From Dimorphilus gyrociliatus (Eukaryota > Animalia > Annelida), in the NCBI GenBank assembly GCA_904063045.1, contig CAJFCJ010000021.1:558001-622000 (forward strand): a stretch of 64,000 bases of DNA, in the 5' to 3' direction. Positions 11,807 to 23,600 of the stretch are shown in pieces; within the stretch, counting starts at the first letter, position 1, and each line of letters opens with the position of its first letter. The position numbers were made by a program, and so were the translations under genes. The notes under the pieces are model-generated. The model saw nothing but the letters and a program-made list of their open reading frames with translations, was not told the DNA's origin and did no database searches.

Positions 11807-13245
11807 AACAATGTCATTAGTAAGAGATGCAACAGGAATACGGCTGCTTTCAACATTTTCTGTATATTAATTATGCATAGTGTTCTATATCGATTAACAG
11901 AATAAATATGACTATCCCTGCAAAAAAGAAAAAAAATAAGAGATGCTATTTGTATTAATCTACATATTTTTTCCCTTTCCCCTTATCTCCTAATTGTTCT
12001 TTATTCTTTTTACTATCAATTTTTTTCTCTATACGCCGCTTAAAAGAAGAGATAGAAGAGAAGAAGAGCCAACTATAAAAAGATGCAAAATTGTTGTACT
12101 ATTTTAATTTTCTTTATAATTCGATATCAAATAAATAACTTGATATAACTTAATAAATGTAATATTGTATATTTACTACGATATTCTATTATTAATACTT
12201 TAAAAGCGAATGTTTAATGGATAAATTAATACTCTTGAAAGTTTTACTACAAAAGATGCTATATTATTAAAATTTATAGCCGATTCACACGATTAATAAC
12301 GATAGCTTATTGTTTGTTTGTTTATTCTATACATATATATCTCTTTTTTATCATTATTATTATTATTTATATCATTATCATATTAAAGGCTCTATAATAC
12401 TTTCAGTATTATTCTATAGTAAAATGTTTAGAGTTACATTTAATGTATGAATAGTAATGGTATCGATTTTAACTTAGCTACCCTATTTTTCTTTCTTCTT
12501 TTTTTATGAAGCTGTAAACTCTATAACCTGCTTCAATTTGTAGTTTTTGACTTGTTTTACAAAGTTGATATACCTGTTGAAAATTATTTTTATCTTATTC
12601 CTTTATATTCTTTACTTTTTCTTAGTTTGTAATACTTTTTTATATGTCTTTGAGGTTATCTTATCTATCATTGTATATGTATATATATATATACTTAATG
12701 ATTTTATAAGAAAAATGCGTAACGTTATTTATTCAAATGTTGAAACTAGAGCTAGAAAAACGAATAGAGTTAACTAACTATTGCGTTTCTTAAGCATCCT
12801 TCTATATATATATATATTATACATAATTTAAAACAATGGCGGCAAAATACATAGTTATTCTCGTAAATTATATTACGTTGAAAATACTATTCTTAAGTTG
12901 TAATAATAATAATAAGAGGAACGTTAGGAATTATCTACTAAAAATTATGAAAGGTGTATATTTTAATAAGCCTTTTTAAAGGATTAAAAAATCGTTTTAT
13001 TTCGCTTTTGACACGAATATTGGATATTTTATGTTAGTTACTCAATAGTTACCCTTTTCCCTTCTTTTATACGAAAATAACTAAAAGGATTTTATATAGA
13101 ATTTCTTTTTCGTTTAAAGACAAACAGTTCCATATAAGCTATAGTCTCGACTGCAACGACAAACAATAAAAATCTCCGAACGAAATATATTAAACCAAAA
13201 GGTTTCAATTAAAAAAACTGCAACTCGAATAACGAAGAATAAACT

Positions 13246-14052
13246 ATGGCTGATAATCAAACTGGAAAGAGAGCATTTATTATAGGTTTTACCGGTGCAA
13301 CTGGAATGGAATTACTCAATAATTTGGCAAAGAATAATATTTTTTCAAAAATTGTTCTTATTGGTAGAAGGAAAGTTGACTTTGACGATGAAGAGATAAA
13401 AAGTTGGGAGCAGAGACTAGTCGACTTTGACAATTTATCAAAGCATGCAGATGATTTTAAGGATTTAGACGTGGGATTTTGCTCATTAGGTACAACCAGA
13501 GCAAAAGCTGGAAAGGATGGATTCTACAAAGTGAGTACTTTTTAAGTCTATCTTCTATTTTTTTCACTTTTAACTCGAAGATGAAGAAAATGAAGAGAGA
13601 AAGGAAAAGAAATATGTATTAATAGCTTTTTATTTTTTCGATAGATCGATCACGATTACGTGATAGAATCGGCTAAATTGGCAAAGGAGGGTGGATGTAA
13701 AGAGTTTCATTACGTTAGTTCGGCAGGAGCTGATAAGAATAGTATGATGTTTTATTTAAAAACCAAAAAGCAAGTTGAAGAAGATCTCGCTCAAATTGGC
13801 TTTGATAGATTAAGTATCTATAGACCAAAAATGCTCCTGGGTAAGAGAAAAGAATGCAGAATAACGGATTTCCTCGGTAAAGCTGTTTTAAAGCCAGTTA
13901 TTGCAGTATCACCAACAGCTATATCTATACCAATTGAAATGGTTGCAAAAGCCATGTTGATCAATTCCCAGAATGATATAAAAGAGCCCGTGGAAGTTAT
14001 AGATAACGCTATGTGTTATAAAATAGGTAAAGGTGACAAGGATATTCCATAA
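13246..14052 (+). CDS. HTATIP2: Oxidoreductase HTATIP2/TIP30, tandem copy 2
   Basis: GFTGATG, LIGRRK, CSLGTTRAKAG, YLKTK. Exons 13246-13530 and 13645-14052, with the same intron position as copy 1. Confidence 0.93.
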
Positions 14053-14100
14053 ATAGAACGTAAAAATTGCATGTATAGAAAAATTATACGTCTACAGTTA

Positions 14101-14122
14101 ATATATATATATATATATATAT
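14101..14122. repeat. (AT)n microsatellite
   Basis: Perfect (AT)11 seen directly. Similar (AT)n runs occur at ~19557-19581, ~20164-20184 and ~20261-20287. Confidence 0.9.
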
Positions 14123-15002
14123 CTTTACTTAAGTACAGCATCATTTATTGATTAACGTCTAAGGATAGCCTTGCGGTATTGTTTATGTCGTGGCTGCTAT
14201 AAGTTCTTATATTGACAATATATAAATTTATATATTAGTATAAAATTTATATATTTATATACGTTTCTTTTTGCACAGGTATAAAACATGTACCAACAGT
14301 AATTATTGTTTCCAAATTCATTTCCAACAAATGTAAATAACTTAGAATTACGATGAAAAGTTTAATGGAAAATTCTCTTCCTAATAGAAGAGTAACGTTC
14401 CTTAATCTTCATTTATAATGAATTAATTATCCTATTTAGACGGTGTACATCTTCCTCTTTCGTTATTCTGTTTAAATAAATCCTTAAATTTGTATTATCA
14501 TTATTATTATATTTAGCTGATTTAATCGGTAGTCACCTAGAATGTCCTACTTTTTGAAGTTTGTAAATTTTCCTCTCTAGTCAACATATTCTTACATAAA
14601 AGAATAAAATCTTGTACTTGTTCGTTCAATTTTGAGAATTTTCTTTTCTAATAATAAACCTTATTTATTTTATGTTTTTAAAATTTTCTTTGAAATATTT
14701 AATATAAAGTATTTTACCTAAAAATATCAATTTAATTCGATATTGTCACCCGATAACGATTTTGATCTTTTAGCGGGAAAATATTCATCGTTATTTTCGT
14801 ATAAATATTTTATATTCGTACGAAAAAAAGGTTATAAAAAAACAGAGAAAAAGAACATTTATACTACTGATAGATTCATTAGTTAAGAAGAAAGAGGGGA
14901 ATAGTTGTCTCTTTTTATCCTTCGTAGCTAATCGGATAACTATTCAAAATAGATACTCTTAATAAATTCAGGTGCCTTCTCAAAAGAGATAGTTTAAGGA
15001 AA

Positions 15003-15773
15003 TTAACCAACTATCAAGAAGGAAAAAAAGTTTTTATTATGGGCTATACGGGTGCTGTTGGTACAGAGTTATTAAATATTTTGGCAAAGGATAGTACCTT
15101 TCATAAAGTAGTACTGATTGGTAGAAGAAAAGTGGAATTTGATGATCCAGTATTAAAAACTTGGGAGCAGAGAATAGTTGATTTTGATCATTTGTCAAAG
15201 CACACTGAAGACTTTAAGAATTTCGATATTGGATTTTGTTCGTTTGGAAGTATTTCTTCCAAAGTTGATAATCAAACTTTTCGAAAGGTAAACTATCATT
15301 TCATTTTAAATTTTCCAGCATTTTCCTTTTGACAAATATTCAGAGATTTAATACGAATTGTCCAATAGATAGATCACGATTACGTCATTGAATCGGCAAT
15401 GCTCGCTAAAGAAGGGGGATGCGAAGAGTATCATTACGTTAGTTCAGTGGGAGCTAATAAGAACAGTATGATATTCTACTTAAAAACCAAAGGAGAAATA
15501 GAAGAAAGTCTTGCCAGGATTCGCTTCAAGAGGCTCTGTGTTTACAGACCTAAAGTGTTGATTGCTGAAAGAAATGATTTTAGAATTGCCGAAAGTTTAA
15601 GCAAGTTTTTCCTAAAGCCAGTTATAGTTTTAGCACCAACAGCCCTATCAATACCAGTTTTGGATGTTGCAAGAGCAATGATAAACAATTCCAAAAAAAG
15701 TAGTATAGAAGCCATAGAAATTGTTGATAATGCAACTTGTCATCAGCTAAGTAAAGAAGAAAAGAAGAATTAA
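15003..15773 (+). CDS. HTATIP2: Oxidoreductase HTATIP2/TIP30, tandem copy 3 (diverged; start codon unresolved)
   Basis: GYTGAVG, LIGRRK, YLKTK, YRP. Intron 15288-15368 is at the shared position. Homology extends upstream of ATG 15039 to ~15003, where copy 2 has its ATG and this copy has TTA. Confidence 0.85.
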
Positions 15774-16330
15774 TTAAAACTTTATTCCTATTCCTTCTAG
15801 TCATCGTCTATATATTTTTCTTTTTCCTATCTCTCTCCCCCTGCATAAGTGAATAGTAGGTAGAACGAAATATGTATAAATCTCATAGTTAATTAGAATA
15901 TATTAAAATATTGTTGTTGCAAGTAAAAATAAAAATAACCTATCAACAAGGAAAACAAGACGAAAAGAGAACAAAATATCTTTAATTAGTTAATTAATAG
16001 TATAAATGAATATATTCTCCATGTTTTATATGCATATAGAAATATGTATATACAATATATATATATACAGTATATTCATCTATCTATCTATCTGTCTATC
16101 AATCATTATAATTAAAATTGTAGGTGTATTTTATTCTTTTCTTCAACAAGAAACAAAGAGAAGAAAGAGAATGTAATTGCTATTAATTTCATGTTAAAAA
16201 AGAGAAGAGAAGAATAATATCTTTAATTCAAGTCAGGCTATTCTACTTATCAAATTTAATGGGAACATTCCAATAGTTATCATCATTAGTTTTTCCCCTA
16301 TCAGGAAGAGAGGGAGACAGGAAAGGAGAC

Positions 16331-16350
16331 AGAGAGAGAGAGAGAGAGAG
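16331..16350. repeat. (AG)n microsatellite
   Basis: Perfect (AG)10. Others occur at ~16828-16847, ~17937-17950 and 19871-19890. Confidence 0.9.
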
Positions 16351-17221
16351 CAAAAAAAGACTATAGACAGACGAAAAGCGAAAAAACAAACAAATAACTG
16401 TATATTTTTAAATAAATGAAAACTAGTCTTCTATTGTGAATAGCAAAGAAAGAAAAAAAATTAAATGGATATATGAGCTTCTTTAATGAGAAAATAATAA
16501 ATATATTGGATAAAATGATCTTCTTAATTAGTTGAATGTATTAATATATATCAGCTAACATTATAAGATACTGTTAAAGCTCTACTAATAACTATAATAA
16601 GTAAAATAATAAGAATAAGAATAACAGCAGTAATGTTATTTATTTATAAGGTTTTCTCTTTGTTTTCTTCAGTATATATAATAAGATCATATCGAGAAAT
16701 ATCGAACATGTATTTTTACCGATAGAGAAATTGTATTCGATGATTAAATTATAATACAATTTTTATCCAATCGATAGAAATTTGATATTATTTACGTTTC
16801 GTTAAACGATATAGATACTAAATAAGAAGAGAGAGAGAGAGAGAGAGTGTGAGAAAAGTGTAAGTATATTCCTTATTCTGATTGGAAAAGGTATAGAAAA
16901 ATATAATCAAAAGAACATGAAAAGTGATTTTATAACAGATAGTGATTAAAGGAAATTTTATTCAAAGATCCTTATCGCTTAAAGAATTGTTTACTTTGAA
17001 AATTAAGAACTAATAAAAGATAATTAACTTTGATAAAGTACCGGAATATTCTCTAGAATTTCAGATCTTTCAACAACCCCATATTTTCAATGACCTATTA
17101 ACTAGTTAATTCATACAAACAGACCAATATCTCTTCTTTCCTTATTAATTATATATATTCAATAACATCTGCGAAACTGGATAGATTAGCTGAAGAGGAA
17201 AGAGATTAAGAGTTTCACCTA

Positions 17222-19301
17222 CAGCCATCTGGCGGCTATATTGAAAAGTTATAGTACCATGTATTTGAAAGTTTGCGCATGGAAATTGAACAAATTGAAT
17301 AAATTGAATAAATGGAATATTTGATGTTGTCGACAACTAAAAAGTAAGAATTATTAGTTTAATAGTTGTCAATTTAGATTAGCAATAAAGTAAAGGAAAA
17401 TTGTCGCAAGATCAGTCTTTATACTGTATTTAGACTGTGTATACAGTATTTGTAAAACTAGCAGAAAATGAGAAAATATCTTCTTTATCCTAGAAATAGG
17501 ACTAGTAAGAATCAGTTGCACCATCTATATTTATTTTCTTCCTCTTTATCTCTTTTAATTACATGCTCTAATTACTTTATTTAACTTATATGATAGATAA
17601 AATTGTTAAAACGCCATCTAGTCCCAGAGATATTTTAACAAACTGACATTACACCAAATGAAGAAGGTATTTCTTTTTTTCAAATTAGATAGGGGAAAGA
17701 CAAGTCACTTTTAATTAAGGAATCACGTGACAAAGGTTTAAGAATTGCCTATTTTGTTGTTTTCATCTTCTCCTTCTTATCCTGCTTTTGGTATAAAAGG
17801 ATGTTGTTTATCATGAATAAGCTTATATGGATATCCATATACCACAAGACAGTATCTAAAGATAAAGTTTATTTTTTCAATTAGAGTGTTACTTCGTATC
17901 GGTTAACCTTTTAGTTTACAGAATATCAACCGTTTTAGAGAGAGAGAGAGATGAAATGAATGAGTGAGTGAGGGAGACAGACAGTCAGTTAGAAAGAATG
18001 GGAATAAAAGATAAACATTTTTCATCCTTAGTTTTAATTCTGATAGGATAATAATCGCTTATGAAAAGATAATATTTGTTTCATCTATTTTGTAATTAAA
18101 GTCGCCTAATTCTTTTTCGTATAGCAATTCGAGCACGAAAAGATTATGCCGTAAAATCCTCTTCGAATCGCACTCGAAGGTTTTTAATCTCCGTTCTTCT
18201 ACGGATTCTACGGTAAAGTGATATCATCATCCCTTCTGTCAATATATTCTTTGAATAGAATAAAAGGTAAACTTTTGATTATACTTGCAATGACGTAATT
18301 TAAAAAAGAAAGACAACACGATTACGTAAGGTAAACTGATAAAAACTTTATATAAATAATATTTAAGAGTAGAACATTTGAAGATCAAAGTTGTTGAAAT
18401 CGACCGAAAGGGAAAGTTGAAGTGATTTAACACGAGGTCGAGTGGCCTTTAAAAAAGTTGTCGATTCTAAATAAAAAAAAAAACTCCGACTAACAAGCCA
18501 CTGATTTCAAGGATTTTCCTTTCCTTTGACTGAATTTTCTTCCATAAATACGATAATGAGCTATTTTTTCACTCTATTCTCCCTTTCGTCTTTTCTTCTT
18601 CTCCTCCCCCTCCCCACTCTCTTTTAAATGAGCAGATGGCGTTGCAGTAGTTTAATAACTTTGCTGTCAATCTTAGTTTAAACATTGAGATAATCAAAAA
18701 GTAATGAGAAAAATATGGAGGGGGACGTAATGTTTAATTGTTCTTTGCTATCGCAACAATTCGATAACGAGAAAAACGTAATTAAAAACATATTGCAAAG
18801 AGTTAATATGTTTACAGATTACGTAATACATCAAGCATTAATAAATACAAATATTACGGTAGAATGCAGTTGATTAGAGTAATGAGAATTTTATGTAAAT
18901 TTTGCCGATTGCAGTATGTTGCGGGAAGACAGAAAGAAAAGGAGATACTTTTCTTTCTTTTCCTCCCTCCCTCTCCCTCTGTCTCTCTCTCTCTGTCTGC
19001 CTGTCTGTCTTTTCTTCTGCTCCTTCTTCTGGTGTTCAGCAGAAGGAAAATAGAGCTCTATTGAAAATACTATTTGCTTTATCTTGGGCTATGATATTCC
19101 TTAAAGAAAATATTAAAAAGCCTAAGTAAACACCAAGTTAAATTCTTTTTCCGCTTTTTTCAATAAATTTTAATCGGTGCTGTGATTTTTCTTCTGCGTA
19201 TATAAAATTCATTAATCCCATCAAGAAGTCAACTGGAAGAAGGGGAAAAGAGGTTAGCTTTTCTCTCTCTTTCTAAATACAGCTTATAAATCTAGATGGC
19301 G
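17222..19301. promoter_or_regulatory. Cluster of five CTCF-core-like motifs in divergent orientation (candidate insulator/boundary)
   Basis: Minus strand: GCCGCCAGATGGCTG (~17222-17236), TATAGATGGTGC (~17518-17529), GACTAGATGGCG (~17612-17623). Plus strand: AGCAGATGGCG (18631-18641), TCTAGATGGCG (19291-19301). Each matches the YAGRKGGCR core of CTCF; binding is not demonstrated. Confidence 0.4.
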
Positions 19302-19556
19302 TTATATATATATATCTTACGCATAAGTAATTTAGAAAAAGAGAAATGTCGATTCTAATTATTAGAGAAGGGTAGGGAGAAGTTTTCTTAATCCCTTAAT
19401 AATAGGCTATAGAGCATGGGAAGATTATTCTAAATCAAAGCATTGCATTACTTCTACCCTATGATTAGACTGTTATAAAACAATAACCTACTTTGGTTTT
19501 AGTAATTATGAGTGGTAGCGTAAGAGCTCGTTCGAGGAAATGGAAATACGATATGA

Positions 19557-19587
<31 letters not shown>

Positions 19588-20677
19588 TTACTTGTTTACA
19601 TCTCTGTATATTTATGGTTTAGAAAGAAAAATAGCTTAAAATAACAAGTTAAACAAGTATTTTCTTTTTAAAAAAAAATGATAGCATTCTTTTACAAAGT
19701 ACAATAGAAATTTTGTTCATATTTGTATAAGTATATAATATATTCATTATTTACATTCGAATATTCATAGAATTTCGCAATGTAAATAATTTTCTCACGT
19801 TGGAAATAACGATTTGTTACCCAACTATAAAGATAAACGTTTAAAATTAGAAAGAGTGAGCAAGAGCTACAGAGAGAGAGAGAGAGAGAGAAAGAGCAAT
19901 ACGCCTGATGATGTTTTTATAACGTAGAGCCAGTTTGATTCGTGTTTATTCATGCTTAATAATTCTTTGTTATTGCGCAATAATTTATCCGATTCCCATT
20001 ATACAAGAGATTTATTACCTCCCTTATCAACTTGCGACAATAAAAATGCTACTACCAATAATAAGGATTTTATTTCAGAATTTTGAAGTATTCTTTATTG
20101 ATATAAAAAAAAGTTGAATATCTTCTTTATAGGCATTTTTGTATATTTTTTACAATATACAGCATATATATATATATATATATATACAAAAAAAATTGGA
20201 AAAATACTGTACAAAGTACATTTATATTGTAATTATTCGTAAACACATACTGCACACAGCATATATATATATATATATATATATATATGCTATATACACA
20301 GTATATATATGTATACTATATAATGTATATTGAGAATGTATACTATATGTACAATGCATAACAATAATACATAATACAATATATCTTAAATATCGTATTA
20401 ATTTTCGTTTCTTTTAGTAAGAAGTAATGCATATACGTCGTAACATAATAACAATAATTGGCACCGTAAAAATTACCCTTCGCCGTAGAAACTATCGTGA
20501 TTCTAACTGCTTAGTAAAAACAGTATCAAAAATAAGCGGGAAAAAAATAATCGACTAGTTCCTGTCATATGACATATAGACAACAGTTACCCTGTTTAAT
20601 CGTTTCAAATTGTTTGTAAAGTCATTTTTTGTACTGTTTATATAGGCTTCCACTCTGCCTAAAATATCATCTTTGCT

Positions 20678-23600
20678 TTAGACAATGTAGCCATCAGGGG
20701 ACCGTAAAGAGTCGAGCATCTTCTTTCTATGGACGGCTGAGACAATGCCTAATCCTAGCAAATGCTCGTGATTTAGTGGTAGACAATGGCAAACTTGTGT
20801 GTAACCGTTGCTGATGAATACGTTAGTATATCTCTCTAAATTAAGTGACCTTAACCATTCTTCCACTGTTAGAAGGTCTGAAGGTGATATGTAATGATCT
20901 GGATCTATATCTATTGCACTTAGAGCGATACCATCTTCCATCAAATAGGGATTCCTCGATAGGTTGTCCAGCCTATTCACAATTTCGATAAACTTTGGTC
21001 TTTCGGATCTCTCAACTCTCCAACAGTCTAACATCAGTTGATACAAAATTTTTGGGCAATAGTTCATTGTTGGAGGTAAACGGAAACCTTCCTCTACCGC
21101 TTTGATTACGTCTTGATTAGACCAATTCCAATAAGGTCGTTCGCCGTAGGTTAATATCTCCCACATGACGACACCGAAAGACCAAACATCAGAAGCTGAA
21201 GTAAACTTCCTGTAGCTAATAGCTTCAGGAGCCGTCCACCTGACGGGTATCTTTCCGCCTTTCGTTGTGTAATCGCTACGATCCATTTCTAGTTCTCTAG
21301 ACAAACCGAAATCGGATACCTTACATACGAGATTTTCATTAACAAGAATATTCCTGGCTGCCAAGTCGCGATGAACGAAGCTAATATGGCTAAGATAGAC
21401 CATGCCACTAGCAACTCCTCTCATCATACCGATTAGCTGAAGAATTGTAAACATGCCGTCGTTCTGTTGCAAAAATTTATCCAAACTACCATTTCTCATA
21501 TATTCAGTGACAATCATTATTGGATTTGATCTTGTAACGACACCCTCGAGAGAAACGATATTAGGGTCATCAAATTGGCCCATAATAGACGCCTCGGCAA
21601 GCATATCTGACCTTGCTTTGTCACCACCATCAGGCTTTAATGTTTTTATAGCGACATCTTTTTCTATATTCATCGCCGGAATACGAAATTTTCCTTTACA
21701 AACGTCTCCAAACTCTCCACCGCCAATCACTTCTTCGATCGTAATAAAGGAGACGTCAATCTCCTTTGCAAATTCCCTAATAGCTTCATTAGGATCTTCG
21801 TAGGTGTGCGGGTCAACGTAAGTTCTTGACTTCGGTGTGCTTACAAAAGGTATTTCTGTTGAAGGGGAAAAAGCATTGACTAATCAGTTAAAATGTTCTG
21901 TAAATAAAGGGAAAAAAAAGAAGCAGAGATATAGTATGAAAAAAGACGTTTTCACAGAATCTTCTATTCTATTAGTAGTTTGATAATGCAAACTTTCTAA
22001 TTTGAAATAAAGATACAGAACAATAAAAAACAGGCAGATTCAATTTCTTAATGGAAAAGCAGTAAAATGTCCCATTTTTTTTAGATACCGAAAACAATAA
22101 ATCGAATTTTACAATGTAATTTAATAATATTATTTATGTTTTACAGGAAATTTGGGTTTTATTAACTTGTTAGTTTTGTCTGCTCGCAAAATGCAAAAAT
22201 GTAAAGCTTGCTTAGTAGATTTTTTTTTCCCTATTATCCATCTCTCCGCTCTTTATTTACGGTTTTGCGCGGATCAAGAGGGTTAAGAGTTGAATGAAGC
22301 TTGCTAACAATTTAATATACTTTTTCTGACCGTATTAGAAAGGCTTATAACAATCAAATCCTTTTGAAGGTATTCCATTAGTAAATTTCATTCGACTCGA
22401 GTAACTATAAAAAGTTTCCGATCGAAATCTCTTCTTATTTATTTACGAAAGGGATTGAATAAAGCTCCAAATAATGAAAAAAAAGAGACGTACAGATAGG
22501 AAAGGAGCGGTTGCTGAGATCCCAGCGAGAATCACAAGTATAGGAAGATTAACATTATGCAATAATAACCTAGCTTCGGCTTTATCTAAGACTTCCTACT
22601 AAGGTCTTACAACTGAAGCCATTACACGATTGATAAATAACAGAGTAAAAAGATGAAAAAGAAGAAAATGGAAATGAAAAAAAAAAATAAGCAGAAAAAT
22701 CACTTACTAGGTCCGACAGACCGTGGAACGCGAGAATTATAAGCATCGGGTTGCATCAAAGTCGGATAAGGCGCTGTAAAGGGCAAAACAATCGATATTT
22801 TTTCCAAATAGAATAAGCAGTGGCATGATCAAAAATTAAGCATAAAAAATTCTTAATTAAGTTAAAGGAGTCGTCTTGTCCCTTTGTACAAGTTTTCTGT
22901 TGTTTTGCAAATATATAGAGAGAAGTGAGCTTACCTTCTCCGTTACTGTATTGCAAGGCATCGCAATCGCTAGCACTTTTTTCGTTACAGCCCTGGCGGT
23001 TACTGTTGGGGAAGAAACAAGAAAGGAAAATTAAACAACTGCAGGCGATTGTCAATTTGCCAAATGTCAATTTCTGTGTTAAGTGTATTACTTTGTCACA
23101 TATGGTGTTATTATGTTGATTTCTAAAAATTTTCCCTTTAACTCTCACAACAACCCCCCCATTTCTACAACCCCTCCTCTTTCCACCCCTTCACCCTCTT
23201 ATTTTTTCTCTCCTCGTTAAGTGTATTAATAACGGTAGGATGAACATAAGTTAACATATGGCGCCTAATTTTTGTTCGATCGTCACGTTTCCTCTATTTT
23301 TTTATTTCGGTGCGAAGGAAAGAGGTTCTTTACTCGCTTAGATCGATTCCTTAAACACATAAAAAATGTTGTTCTGTTTTCAATGTCAGTATTTATCTAT
23401 GTTATTTTCTTTCAGAAAAGCTTTGATTGTAGATTAAATTACTAAATTTACGCTTCGAAATTTCGTACCCAGCGACAGCTGCAAATGTTAATTTTTATAA
23501 GTTTCCCCCCTTTTATTATTCATTTTACTCTTTCCATTATCCACTTCGCTTTTCGTCTGGCATAACCTTATGCTCTATAACCCTCCTTTTTTATTTTCCT

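Noticed and set aside
11268-15368. Split HTATIP2 ORFs suggesting pseudogenes
   Set aside because: Each break is a canonical intron at the same codon position in all three copies.
17283-17318. Four-copy 9-bp tandem (AAATTGAAT) considered as a CRISPR-like array
   Set aside because: It has no spacers and the context is eukaryotic; it is an ordinary minisatellite.
18864-20333. Hydrophobic or low-complexity ORFs (18864-19129, 19935-20333; also 12547-12777, 53486-53725)
   Set aside because: They arise from (CT)n/(TA)n microsatellites and T-rich non-coding DNA.
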